From NCBI GenBank assembly GCA_963693365.1, contig CAVNZM010000013.1:252759-316758 (forward strand): DNA of 64,000 bases. The letters run 5' to 3'. Of this stretch, positions 50,497-63,660 are shown piece after piece. Numbering within the stretch: the first letter of the stretch is position 1; each line of letters starts with the position of its first letter. Below the pieces are notes generated by a model. The model saw nothing but the letters and a program-made list of their open reading frames with translations. It had not been told where the DNA came from and made no database searches. The DNA comes from Amoebidium appalachense (lineage: Eukaryota; Protista; Ichthyosporea). The translations under genes and the position numbers were made by a program.

Positions 50497-52518
50497 AACC
50501 TTTGGAGCAAGCATACTGCTCTCGTGCCGTGGTTTACAACCATTGCAGGTTCACTTTCGTCCAAGGGGATGTCCCCCTAGAGGCAACACACGTCCCGGAG
50601 TAGTTTTCATAGAGGTTTTATTTGTGGAAATTATTGACATAAATATTTTTCTGGGTAAACACGTAGGATGGGTGTTCGATACCAACATAACCATGTAGGC
50701 TTCATTTCGTGTTTTAGCAGTTAGCGGTTGGCTGCCCGCACACGGGCACCTATTAGCCAACCAAAACATCAGATACCACAGATCACTAGACCGAGTTATG
50801 ATTGGCTCGGATCAGATTTCACATATCACTAGATCGATTTTTGATTGGCTCAGATCAGTAGGCTTAGGTATATAAGCACGACAGTTTTTAGCAGATCAGC
50901 AAGCTACAAACACATCTTCTGTGTTTAGCATCCACAGCCTTACAGCTATATATTCCTTTTCACCCACCCACCTACACCCACACACAACCCCCATTGATCC
51001 ACACATACGTGCTGTTTTTTCACGGGGCGAAGACTTCCCCCGTTTTTTGGGCACATGGACCTCACGGATCAATAAATTGATGACTGGGGGCTTGCCGTGG
51101 TTTACAACCATTGCAGGTTCACTTTCGTCCAAGGGGATGTCCCCCTAGAGGCAACACACGTCCCGGAGTAGTTTTCATAGACCTCATATTAAGATGCTCA
51201 GAATCGCCTTCACAGTATGCTTTGTTTTCGACGTCGACGATACCCATCATGTTAGCCTACACAGTATACATACGTAGAACAGGCTTACGACGTCCATAGC
51301 ACATCTATAGCATTGGAATAGGTGCTACATTTGGTTAATGGACGGTGTAAACGCATGCACAGCATGTCCATAGGATGACGTTGGCATATACACATGAGGG
51401 TCGAGAAATCAGTGGACCTCTTTATTACCCTGTAACATGCTTGTCGACGTCGACGATGGGTTTTCAGCTTTTCCATCCATTAAAATGTCGAGGGTACCAA
51501 ACGCAGCCACTCAGGTATCGTAAACTACTCCGAACCCGTCGTCGACGTCGTAGAGGGGTTTCCGATGGGGGGGGGAAGATTGCTGATGCACGTTGGTTCG
51601 GTCTATTTTTGATATTTCCTTCGATGATATCAAGAGCCCTTCCAAGATTGTTGAGCCAAGGTGTCTGTCCCAGCGCGACCCAACGGATATCGACCCCTTT
51701 GTGTTTGACAAGGAAGCCAAAGCGAAAGCTTCCCTGGATAAGTGGATTGTGTTCAAAGGTTGGGCACCGTTGTCGAGTTTCCGTTTTGGGGGATGGAACA
51801 GTGGGGTCTTGGTCCGTCCCGTCCACTCAGGCAAGAAGATGGAGTCCGTCGTCAATGGGTAAGTTGAGTGTGTTGCTATGTGAGTTTTCCACGATTGAAT
51901 ACTTAAACGTATGCACCATTGATGAACGATTTGTTTGCTGGAATTGTTGGTTCGTTAGTCACGGTTTCTTGTACGTATGATGTACTATGGACTTTAAAAT
52001 TGCCAGTATCTGTTTAGTCTGTGAATGAGACCCAGAATTATTGGAGCAGCTATCCCGCTTTAACCGCGCTGTCCAGGTGGTTCCCTCCTGAACAACGTGC
52101 AGTGCTTACACACACAATACGATAACAAGTCTGGGTACACGTGTGGTTTATTTTGACACATTGAAGTGTGTGTGCAGTGCACACACACTCACAATACAAT
52201 AACATGATTGGACATAGTCTATACATTGTCAAAGAGTTACATGATAATGTCGTGCTTGGATGCGCTTATACTGATGTATGTGTGTGTGTGTGTGTGTGGA
52301 ATGACACAGTCACACACGCCATAAAATACAGCGTAAACCTTACATTTGCAACCTTACCACCCATGTACTCCCTCCCTGTTTCCGGGGGGGGGGGGGGAAC
52401 AATTTTGCCATCTAGGCCAGACCGTGCAGGTCCATGCACACGCTGTGTTTCTCCAACCACATATACACACCCTGACCCCCCTGCACCGCTGCACTCCCTC
52501 CCTGTTTCCGGGATAGTA

Positions 52519-54156
52519 CAGTGCCCGTCCAGGTGTTAGATACTCCGCCACTAAGATAACGGCGACGCCATTTTTTAAAAATCTTTAGATAATGACCTCC
52601 GACGGTCGTTTTCCGGGATTATCTTGAAGTTTTTTTTCTTTATTTATTTATTTATTTATTTTTTTTATTTTTTTTATTTTTTTTTAGCGCAACAGGGGGT
52701 CCTATGCATCGCCTATGCAGACGTAATTACCAAGTATGCACCATTAGAACACCCTTTATTTGTCAGAGTTTCAGACTTTTTACCACATAAAACCTAGCTC
52801 AGTGACACCGATATGTTCCACAAACAAAAGGGCCAATCATTGAATAGGCTGTGGCGCCAAAAAAAAACCCCGTATGACGCACATGTCAGTTCAGTCAGTC
52901 AGTTTTTTATCGTTCTTCTATCCAAAATACATAGGAGTACACAGGTTGAAAGTGTACTAGCACACGGAAAGACCATGACCAAGCCAGTAGTTCAAGTGCA
53001 GGCAGCTGCACTTGGGGATTTAAATAGTGCACTACACAAAGTAAACGCAGCCACAGACAAGTTCCAGGAAAGCACGCAAGTGGCCCAAGTGATTGTTGCC
53101 GAGGGCCTTGTAGAAGCAAACAAAAAGATCAGTAATGCAACCACCAGTGCAATTGCACAAGCAGAAAATGCAAAAGCACAACTGCGTTCACATGTGGCGC
53201 TTTAGAGAACCGTAGAGTCCACACACCTGCCGAATTGCTAAAAACGGCTGCCAGCAAGCCTGGGCAGAGGACCATGTCTGATTACGGGCAAAGATGAATT
53301 TTTCGTTCGAACTGAACGGCCGTAAAAAACCATGAGTGCGCACAGCGTGGAAGAAGCCAAAACTATCAGCGAGTTAATTGCTACAGAAGACTCTTCCAAA
53401 CCTACGTTTCCGTGCAGAGGCTGCAGGTATCCCTGCGGTAACGCCGGTGCACTGGCAAACCACGAAGCCAGTTGTGCTGCGGCTAAACGTGTTAACCAGC
53501 CATCACATCTCGTTACCAGCAACGTTGGGTCCGTCACACACGAGTTTGTCCCACCGTCCCAAGAGGTCGACATCGAACGGCAAGAAGCGATTGCTGCGGA
53601 GTTCGAGCGTATAAACCAAAGTTTGGCGGAAGGCAAACCCAAAGTGGATCGGCGCAAAAATAATAAAGGAGCAGGTGAGCGAGGGTCGTACACTTATTCA
53701 CAAAAGCGGAGATGATTGAAGAGATTCTCGGTCTGAAAGGCGAAAACACGGCGGCGAAGATTGCAAAGTACCGCATATCTCACCAGAAGAAGAGCATTCA
53801 AATGGTATATGCGTAAGTTTTCCCAAGGCTGGTACATAGTCGTTTTACTGCAAGCCTGGCATTTTGTCTGTGCCTGATCTTTTTCTATAATGTTGGCTAG
53901 TACCTGTGCTGCATAGGCGCTTTGTTTCTCTGGTTACTCTGTTTGTTGTTAGTGGTTGCCAAGGCCTTCAAGTTGTCCTGTTGTTTGTTGGAAAGAGAGC
54001 CCTTGAAACCCAAAGCATTGGTGAACTTGCTCTACTTAGAAAGATAACTTTAGTAACTTGTAACTTCTACGTGTGCAGGTGGATACGGACGACTCGGAGG
54101 GAGACGATCTTCGCATTGGCAGCTCAAGAAAGGCTGAAGGAGCTGAAGCTCGTAGG
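52519..54156 (+). mobile_element. Possible pogo/Tigger-like transposon remnant
   Basis: TA|CAGTGCCC at 52517; ORF 53332-53715 has a CxxC..H..C finger and RGSYTYSQK HTH-like start; GT/AG sites at ~53811, ~54078, ~54156. No right end or DDE domain found. Confidence 0.4.
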
Positions 54157-54340
54157 TACGTACACGGTTTGCTGGCTTTACTGTGTTCCCCAGCCTCTTG
54201 TTATAGAGATCTAAGGAAAAGTACACAATACTGAGGTGGAGCTTGTGTAAAGGCATCTGGTGATAACAAATGTACGGACTGAATGGGTGAAATAGGGTTG
54301 GGAGATCAGGCTTTGCTATATGCATATGAAATTCCGGTTC

Positions 54341-54531
<191 letters not shown>

Positions 54532-55508
54532 CCCCCCTTCCTCCCCCCCAAAAAAAGAAAAATAAATAAACAAATGAAAATAAAAATCAAAGCACAACCC
54601 AAAGCACACATGTCCACATACTTCTCCTTTCCCTCCGCTTAATAATAACTCCTCTCTCCCTTGGGGCCTCCCCCCTCCCATTCTTTCCTTCACACACAGT
54701 TGCGCGCACACAAGTGCACGAGCACAGGCATACACACTTGCGAGTGTCCGAAAACACACGCACAAACGCACACACGCACACACACACACATGCAAACACA
54801 CAGTGGGGGGTGCCCAGAAAAGGGGATTTCTTTTCCGCGTAAAGTATTGCAATGGTCTGGAGGTTGATGAAAACCTCAATGCCGATGTCTATGAGGCAAA
54901 TGGGGAGGGGTTGCCCCTCACTCGCGTAGGTGTGTGGTGCCAAATAGTCAAGATGTAACAGTAGCAGGGCCGCTTTTTATCATGATAAACAGACTCTGCT
55001 AACTGTACTTGAATATATTTCTATTCTTTCTCTCTCTCTCTCTCTCTCTCTCTCCCTCTCTCCTCTCTCTCTCCCCCCCCCCCCCTCCTCCTCTCTCTCT
55101 CTCTCTCTCTCTCTCTGTCATCTACCCATGGATAACGGCAAGAACTTAGATTCTGAAGTTGAGATATACATATGTTTATTAGTTTGTTGTTGTTCGTTTC
55201 CTTTTCCCTTTTCCTTTCTTCCTTTCTTTCTTTCCTTTCCGTTTCCGTGTGCACAGATATCTTTGATCTGTGTACACATCGAGCCATTTGGCCCGCTCAC
55301 ATGTAATGTTTTTTGCGTTTATGTCTAAATAAGTTGTCCAATCAGATCTCGTTTAATTTTCCCAAATATAGAAACCTACATTCCTCCTTCATTCTACTCG
55401 ATTCCTTTCCCATTCCATTCCTTTCTATCCTCATTCCTTTTCCTTCTTTTCCCACGACGTAGAATTGCTCCATGCTCCCCAGCTATTAGGAATAATTATA
55501 TTTAGACG

Positions 55509-55911
55509 TGTTATGTTAAGAACATGTATAAATATATGATGTGAACTAATAGATACATAAGTGGTTTCATTTTATTAAATGTTTCCGTACTTTCATTAGC
55601 AGATTGCGATTTATCTTCTATGTGTCGACAGGCATTTCGATCGATTTATTTTACCCTCATAGTTTTCGTCTTTCTGATTGGATAAGATAGTTTTCGTTCT
55701 TTTGATTGGCTTAGCATTTGTCGATTTCACATTCCCGAGTATAAAAGGGACTTCATCTTGAAATAAAAATCAATCAGTTGAAAACGTTTCCTATGGTCCC
55801 AGAAATCGTTCCACCTCTCCGGTTGTGTTTCTCCCGTGTGTCTGTGTGTTGTGTATATCATAACACCCATCTGTGCACTCTGCTCCTCCCTTAAACCCAC
55901 ACAAAATAACA
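55509..55911 (+). repeat. Probable Copia-type 5' LTR
   Basis: TGTTAT...ATAACA inverted termini, TATAAAA at ~55740, followed by GGTTTACGGCCC resembling the copia GGTTATGGGCCC primer site. Confidence 0.6.
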
Positions 55912-55987
55912 GGTTTACGGCCCCTTTGCACGCTAACACACAATCTCGTTACAACCGCGAAATTCCTCCGTACATACTGCTTCAACC

Positions 55988-56405
55988 ATGACTGACAAAC
56001 CGTCGTACATCAACCTTCCGCAATGGAATCCGTCCGAGAAGAAGGACGACAAGCGTCTCAACTACTTCGAATGGGAGCCCCTCATCCATCGCTTCATCCG
56101 AACAACAATTGCCGAGAAATTTGTCGACGCCATCAAGGCACCACAGTGGATTGATGGCTCCGACGCCAACCAGTGGCAAGGCTACGGCACCAAGGACGCC
56201 TACAAGAAAGCTTCCGACGTCCTCGACCAAATTCTCAACCAGTCCGTTCATCCTACAGAGCTCTACGACTCTGGCCGCATGCAAGACGGTGTTCACGGTG
56301 GAGAAGTCTTCCATAACCCGCGCATGGCTTATGTGGCTGGAGAAGGAGGCTCGCGTCACTCAAATTCAAGTCACCTACGAGGAGCTTGAACTACGCGACT
56401 TCCCC
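55988..56405 (+). pseudogene. Copia-like gag N-terminus, truncated by a LINE fragment
   Basis: Starts 76 bp after the LTR; NYFEW and helical pattern resemble Copia gag. Confidence 0.55.
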
Positions 56406-56406
56406 A

Positions 56407-56587
56407 AATACCGCAACACACACACGTCACATTCACAACAGACACCCAGAAAGATAGCCTACCTGTAAATTACAACATCCTTGATTTTATACTAAACACG
56501 CGTAACTACGACCTGTTTATTAGATGTATTGATTGGCTTGAGAAACACATCACTACAAAATTATAGCGCACGCGCACACACACACAC

Positions 56588-56642
<55 letters not shown>

Positions 56643-56674
56643 CCAGCTGATACCGAGTGTCCCGAGGGGAGCCC

Positions 56675-56711
<37 letters not shown>

Positions 56712-57260
56712 GGGGAACCCCAACTAATTGATTTCTCCTTGTAGACTTTATGGTGTCTCGTAGAGAAAGTAAACCCTGATATATAGTCACCACCCGACAT
56801 CTATGTACGTGATCATGATATACCGCTGAGGGGATATTCCGAGCAAACCCCCCCCCCCCATACCTGAGACTGGTTCTCTTTGCCTCGAGTAAACAGCGTA
56901 AACTGAAAAGGAATATATAGCTGTAAGGCTGTGGATGCTAAACACAGAAGATGTGTTTGTAGCTTGCTGATCTGCTAAAAACTGTCGTGCTTATATACCT
57001 AAGCCTACCGATCTGAACCAATCAAAAATCGATCTAGTGATATGTGAAATCTGATCCGAGCCAATCATAACTCGGTCTAGTGATCTGTGGTATCTGATGT
57101 TTTGACTGGCTAATAGGTGCCCGTGTGCGGGCAGCCAACCGCTAACTGCTAAAACACGAAATGAAGCCTACATGGTTATGTTGGTATCGAACACCCATCC
57201 TACGTGTTTACCCAGAAAAATATTTATGTCAATAATTTCCACAAATAAAACCTAAACCCC
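56407..57260 (+). mobile_element. 5'-truncated LINE family 1 copy whose terminus is split by a solo Ngaro A repeat
   Basis: Matches ~7093-7593; ...GCGTAAAC|A repeat|TAAACCCC. Confidence 0.9.
56904..57252 (-). repeat. Solo Ngaro A repeat flanked by TAAAC direct repeats
   Basis: Complete A with no spacer, B or ORFs; TAAAC at 56899-56903 and 57253-57257. Confidence 0.88.
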
Positions 57261-58429
57261 TGTGATATGTCTGATTCTTTGCAGTATGTCATAGGTTAGA
57301 ACTTCCTTGATGATGACACGAGTTGATCTTAACTTGTGTCTGTGTCCTATCGTGTACGTCTCCGCGTACCGGATCTCTCTGAAAGCAATTGGTTCTTAGT
57401 GATTGGTTTCTATTAGAGATAGATCTGATTTCCGACTGGTCGGAAATCATGTATGGATTGGACTTAGAGGAATTTCAGGTATTTATTCGAAGATCAGAAT
57501 AAATTCAGTTGAGTCGTGTCTAAACATTGATGTCTGTTGTGTACACTGCTCCGATCGTTCCGTGTTTTGTTCTTGTGTGTGTCTGTGGTGTTTTTACACT
57601 GCACCACTGTGTCTCTACTTTCATCCCAAATACTTATACAATTTAACAGGTACCTTTTCTTGGTTTGAGGTGCGACCCGAAAATTGGTGACACTGTAGCG
57701 TGACAACCCAATGTCAGATCGAGTTGAAACTTGGTAAACCCCAAGGTCATTGGCTTACAAGCTTATGTGCAAAATTTGACCTATGGTTGTTTGTCTTTAT
57801 GCGACACAGGAAGGACGCGCTTTTGCCGGTTTTCAGCCGTAAAAAAGTGAAAAACGGCAACAAACTGCGTTGGCCGCTGTACTGCACAGCGTGTGAGCCA
57901 CTCGTCATCTGAAACTGATCAGTGCGGCGGGTGGCAACATGGTAACAAAGCGATAAGAAATTGTTTACGTGAACCAATCATAGACGAGAACTAAGAAATA
58001 TGCGGGTAAATGGGAATTTTCGGCTCACATATTGGTGACAAAGCAAAGGACGCTAAGGAGCATGTAGTTACGGTCAACATTGTACATATAATCTACAAAT
58101 AATAAATATAATGTATAAATAAATGGTAAAAATCATTATATTACTCTTTAATACAGCTTAAATACTGAATAGGAATGGGCAGGTAGGAGTGGCACCGCGA
58201 TCATGAAAAAGGAATTTTGCAACGCTCAAGCGTGGTTTGATTGGTCGGCATGCGTTCTATATAACAAGCAAGGACCTAGACTCACACGTGCAGTATCAAA
58301 ATCTAATAGACATCATATGCCATACGGTGGAGATACAATTTTTTATTTTTTATTTTTTATTTTTTTATTTTTTCTAAACAGAGCCGAGCGGAACAGGTTC
58401 CCTTTCCCGAGGTTAAAGCGCCACCGGCC

Positions 58430-59416
58430 GTGCCGCCAGCAAGTAGTTTTATTACGAAAGAACAACTGCACTTGATACCCGAGAAGGCTAGGAAATCCGT
58501 GCTCAAACTTATGGCGCATCATGAGCAGCTCCGCACCCAAGTCTCCGACTTAACAACCCAAGTAGCTGAGTATAAAGCCAACCAGGACCACACAGACCTC
58601 CTTGTTCAGCAAATGGAGACGCGCTTACGGCAGCTGGAAGCTGACCGGGCAACCCCCACCGGCCCTGCCCACGCGGGCCCGGCCCCTGCAGCACAGGCAG
58701 CCCCCGATGGGTTACCCACCCCACCGGGGTCTCCCAAGTTCATACCCACAACGAATCCTAAGGTGTACCGCACTACGGTGGTCGCCAAGACCGTGTACGT
58801 GTCCGAGAAAGTCAAAACGTATGCCGAGTCGGTGGCCCAGACCCACGGGGCTACCCAGGCTTTGGCCGCCCTTGCCGCAGCGTCAGCACTGCACCCAACC
58901 CGCCGCCCTCGGGTGGCGTCTGACCCTGCCCCTCAGGGTACCGACGAGTCCGAGTTGACCACTGCAGCCTTCACCATGGTGCCGGCCAACATCAGCACCA
59001 TGCGTGAGCGTCTTTACACCCTCGGTGTCCTCAACCGAATGATTCCCGACATGCTCTTCATTGGCCGTCGCTACACAGTGTTCATTGTGCGTGCCGGCTA
59101 CCGTGATACCCTCATAAACATCATCCAACGTGCTACCGACGCCACCTTTCTCGCAGACTTCGATCCTACGGCTCCCTACAACACCACACTTAACCGTGCT
59201 GACGCAGAGGCCGCTGCCCGGGCCTCTTGGCAACGCCGGGTGCTTGCAAGAATGGCCAACGCCCACGCATGGGCTGTCAAGGCAGCCACACTTTACCCGG
59301 CACACGACAGCCGGGCCAAAACAGCAGCTGAGGTGCGTGCCTACTGGGAGGCTCAGCACGTGCAGGTCTTCAGCAAGCCCTACGACCCCACCGCCGCACC
59401 AGCCAACTCCCAGTAA
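58430..59416 (+). CDS. LINE family 2 ORF1 (start uncertain; ATG at 58511 possible)
   Basis: Coiled-coil-like N-terminus; LGV..IPDMLFIG..DFDPTAP parallels family 1 LGF..ILCLSFIG..SYDPCAP. Confidence 0.8.
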   Translation: MPPASSFITKEQLHLIPEKARKSVLKLMAHHEQLRTQVSDLTTQVAEYKANQDHTDLLVQQMETRLRQLEADRATPTGPAHAGPAPAAQAAPDGLPTPPGSPKFIPTTNPKVYRTTVVAKTVYVSEKVKTYAESVAQTHGATQALAALAAASALHPTRRPRVASDPAPQGTDESELTTAAFTMVPANISTMRERLYTLGVLNRMIPDMLFIGRRYTVFIVRAGYRDTLINIIQRATDATFLADFDPTAPYNTTLNRADAEAAARASWQRRVLARMANAHAWAVKAATLYPAHDSRAKTAAEVRAYWEAQHVQVFSKPYDPTAAPANSQ

Positions 59417-59418
59417 GC

Positions 59419-62400
59419 ATGCTCTCCTTTCTTTTCTGGAATGCTCGTAGTCTAAATAAGAGTAAAGCACAGTTTCTTCTTTCATTATCCCAGCAGGAGT
59501 TCCCGTTTATTGTTGTCGCAGAAACGTGGTGGCGAGACCACGCCACACTTCGTCGGTCTGGACGGCTCGTGGGCGAGTCTACTCAGCCTGTGGGCCACAA
59601 GCCTCACTCCGGCATAGTGTTCATCGCCGCCTCCCACTTTGTTAACCACTGTTCAGTTATAGCACGTACAATACACACACTCACCATCTCAGTTTGTGGC
59701 CATATATGCACTTTTGTTTATTTTCCACCTAGCCTTCCACTGCTAGCACTTAAACACGAACTTAACACCATCGCCCCACATAACCCCACACTAGTGTTAG
59801 GAGACTTTAATAGCCCGCTAATTACCACCCCACACCCCCTACACGGCCACCCACAGGCCCTACTTAAACCCAACCACCCACGCACGCCAACCTTTCACAC
59901 TTTTGTTACAGCCTTACGCCTTACTCTTCCATCTGTAGTACAAGAACACCGCACGGACTGGGGGGCAGCCTCTGGTCCTTGCACCTTACACATACACCAC
60001 AACACTGAGTACACCCACCACCGTCAGACCACCTACCTATAGTCTTTGGCACTACACTTAGCCTTTCTACGCCGTCACCACAACACACTTACCGACTTAA
60101 CGTACACGAACTTAAAAGCCAGCGCGGCCAAGCAGACACTCGCTTCTTTTTCCAGACGGTGCAACCGAGTCTATTATCGCTTGTGCGTGATGGACGCCAA
60201 ACCCCGCTACGCACCGACCAGACCTTCATCGATAGCGTCTGGTCTACAGTACGAGAAACCTTGTGGGACATAGGTGGATATGCCTGTTTAGGTGCCCAAG
60301 TTTACCCACAAGCACGAACTACACACACTCGCGGCCCTCGAGCGGAGGCTGCCTTGCGTAAGCCTCTACCGTATCACATGCTATTGGGTAATATTCGGAA
60401 GATTGATCGCGGCGATCATTCGATTCGAATAACGGCCGACCCGTCATCCGACCCGGAATCTGCAACCGATTCCTTTTACGGCACCCTGTTTAAACGTAAC
60501 CCGACATGTACGGCCACGGACCTGGGGCAGGCGCCCCCTCCTGTTTTTGTTCCACCCTCCGACACACCACCACCACCACACACGGCGTGGCCAGCGGGGC
60601 CGGCTGAGTTTGGGGCTGAATTGGGGGAACTTTTTACCCCAGATGCGGTATGGCAGTTAGTCTCCCGTTACCCGTCCCGCAAAGCGTGCGGGCCGGACGG
60701 CATCCCTATGGCACTACTTAAGGTACTCATCCCACCCCGACCCGAGAAAGACGAAAAGCGTGGCCCGCCGCCACCACTTACATGTATTCTTAGCGAGTTG
60801 TTTAGCTGGTATTCTGATGTCGGTAAAGTGCCCTCGGAGTGGCTAGCCACCTTAGTGTTTCCCATCAAGAAAACGGTTGCACAGGGTCCCATCCACGAAT
60901 TTCGCCCTATCACCCTTACGTCCGTTTTTCGCCGATTATTCGAAAGTGGCCTTTTACAGGCCTTTTCCCGTAACCCCACCCTTAAGCAGGCTTCCCAGCT
61001 GAGCCCTCTTCAGGCGGCGTTTCGGCATCGACACTCATGTTACGCACAAATCCTCACTCTACATAATGCAACTCAAAGTGATACCGAGCACCTCGTATTT
61101 ATCAATTTTAAGAACGCGTACGACACGGTCGACCTCCCTCCCCTGTGGGCCAAGTTGGCCACTCGCGGTGTCCCATTCCAAATGGGTCGGCTACTGGAAG
61201 CTATGTTTACGTTTACACGCGGACGAGCTGTGGTTAATGGGCGGCTATCCCCAGGGTTTACCCGCACGCGCGGGGTACTTCAAGGGTCCCTGCTAAGTCC
61301 TCTTCTTTTCAACCTGTATATTGATGATTTAGCCGACACTCTTTCTGCGTCACAAATTGACGGGCGGTTGCCATCCCAGGCTCCCCCCGCCCTCTTTTTT
61401 GCCGACGATATTGTGCTTATGTCATCCGATCCTCTCGAACTACGGCAATACATTCGTGTGGCTGAACATTGGTGCCAGCGCAACGATATGCAGATTAATG
61501 TCAAAAAGTGTGCCCTTTTATCAAAATCGATACCGGCATGGGACGACGTTTGTATCTTCGGCAGTCCCCTCCCTCGCCCAATCGAATACAAGTATTTGGG
61601 GATTCCGGTGGACGAATGGGGCATATGTTTCAAACGGATGATCGACCGTCGGGTGGAGAGTGCAGGCAGGTGTCTTCGGTTATTTAGGGATGTGTATCTT
61701 GCTACTCTTTCTCATACTGTCCACCTATACAATCGTCTTAGTATATTTCGCACATATATTCGCCCTTTGTCTGAATACGGGTTGCCCTTACTAGCTATGG
61801 CACCCCCTGATACTGTTACTAATGTCCTCAAATCAATAGATGATTTCCACTACACAACTTGTTGTACGCTTCTCACTGGTCTTTCCACACCTATCCCTAG
61901 ACGCCTTTTTGATTCTCTCTACGCACTCACACCACCATCACAACGCGTACACGAATTAGCCCTTAAATTTCACGAGCACATCACCCGCCTGTCCGCTTGT
62001 GCCCCGGACCACCCGCTCTCCCCGCTACACGCATCCCCACCGGACTCGCCCCTCTACCTCTTCCCTTCCCCATCGTCTCTGCCCATTGCCGAGCGTTTTG
62101 TGGAATGGCTGGCGACCCCCCCGGAGGTACGGCTAGATCATAGTGTGAATATGAATAGTTTCAAGTCTATGGCTGATAGGTATCTTTTTACTCTACGTGT
62201 TGAGTCTCTTCCGGTGTTAGGACCGCAAAAACACCAACTACTAGTAGCCTATATGGCGGATACGGTTAGAGAATCTCGTTCATACATAGATTCGTTTATT
62301 CGTAATGTGGTGTGGTGTAAAAACGCAAAGATGATTATGGCTTGGCGGTGTAATCGGTTTCTGGTGTCTCCTGCTCGTATGTGTAATATGTGTGGGGGGC

Positions 62401-62627
62401 GGTTTACTCGCGGCTGCATATCTATCAATAAATGCAACCTGTTAGCTAATGTATTAGAACCGGAGGTTATTGGCGGTTTTATTCTCTTTTCTTCCTCTCT
62501 TCCTCAATATATCCGTTTTAAGATGACTATCCTAGATCACCTTATTTATGCTGCACAGTATGATATTGTGATCCGGTGCCTTAACTTTCTTTCGGAGCTA
62601 CCGATGCTAGCCTCTGCTTACCCATAA
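59419..62627 (+). pseudogene. LINE family 2 ORF2 (APE-RT), frameshifted near 60020-60160
   Basis: WNARSL, AETW, VLGDFN; GPDG, FRPITL, GVLQGSLLSP, FADD, YKYLG; FINFKNAYD has Asn where family 1 has catalytic Asp. Confidence 0.9.
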
Positions 62628-63136
62628 TATGTAATATGGGTGTCAGATACTACGATGGCGCTCATTGTTGCCTAGCATGTACATATGTCACTGGCTGCAT
62701 TTGATTGGCTGTGCTGGAAAACGCAGTAGGCCGTCGAATGTGGCTGGGCCTCCGGCAGTGTCCACGCAATAAAAAGTGTGTAAACCCCCTTGGAATCTGA
62801 ATGGCTAATTCTATGTAAGTGCGGTATTCGTTTTATTGGGATCGAATTCCATCTGCGTGCCGCAGAGCCTCTCGACCAATCAATGCGGGGTTTGGATCGA
62901 TTTTACATGTGCGGTGTACCTTCTCGACACATAAACAAACATATAACTCCTAAATTGATGCAGCAAAGAGCAGTTCAAGTTTGTTTGAATCAGCATTCGA
63001 AGCCAAGCTCTGCCGAGGGCATGTCTCCGGATCCCTCGTTTCTCGACATTTCAGGTTTGAAACGCCATAACCAAACGCTATCACGCCTTGGTAAGCTGCC
63101 ACCCCCACCATGCCGACCACTCTATAGCTACCAGGA

Positions 63137-63225
63137 GCTCCGTAATACATAATGTAATCCATACTTGAATAAATGTGTTGTTAGCTCCGTAATACATAAT
63201 GTAATCCATACTTGAATAAATGTGT
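63137..63225. repeat. ~47-bp tandem duplication
   Basis: AGCTCCGTAATACATAATGTAATCCATACTTGAATAAATGTGT twice. Confidence 0.8.
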
Positions 63226-63660
63226 CTAAAGTCTACTCTGGCCATACAGTGCACAGCGGTAAGTGGTCTAAACCCGGTGTAGGGAGTTTTAGAAAATTTA
63301 ATCACTCCGAGAAGAGACATATATGGTGAAGGCGAAATGATTATAATCAGAGCCAACTCGGATCTCAATCTTTTTGGAAAGAGAGAGTTAATATTAGAGC
63401 ACCGACTCGGCGAGACAAAGTTCAGAGAACAATCCACGTAGGTTTGAGAGCTGCGAGAGCCAAACTACTCAATCGCATACCTAATTTTTATTCGCTCGCG
63501 AATCTGATTGGGGGAGAATGTGCTGTTTATTAACGACATGTGAGCTGTGATGAGTTATCGGCACCAAGGTCAACAGTCCTTTCACCCAACAAGATATACA
63601 TCTAATGAAATAGGTGTTACACTTACATGATACAATTTTTTTTAAGTGGAGATATAACGA

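Larger units (their letters stand above)
46047..51180 (+). mobile_element. Ngaro-type YR retroelement with intact RT/RH; A1 46047-46396, B1 50525-50612, A2 50613-50962, B2 51093-51180; 5' gag replaced by an antisense LINE tail
   Basis: Split direct repeats, gag C-terminus, RT-RH, YR; no methyltransferase domain seen. Confidence 0.93.
58374..62789 (+). mobile_element. Non-LTR retrotransposon family 2
   Basis: ORF1 + APE-RT; ends defined by the empty-site paralog at 63661-63897; 3' end AATAAAAAGTGTGTAAACCCCC. Confidence 0.9.

Noticed and set aside
51593-51862. Possible host exon ending at GTAAG
   Set aside because: No recognisable domain or partner exons.
57261-58040. Additional LTR (TGTGA...TCACA followed by TGGTGAC)
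   Set aside because: No second copy, TSD or downstream gag; support too weak.
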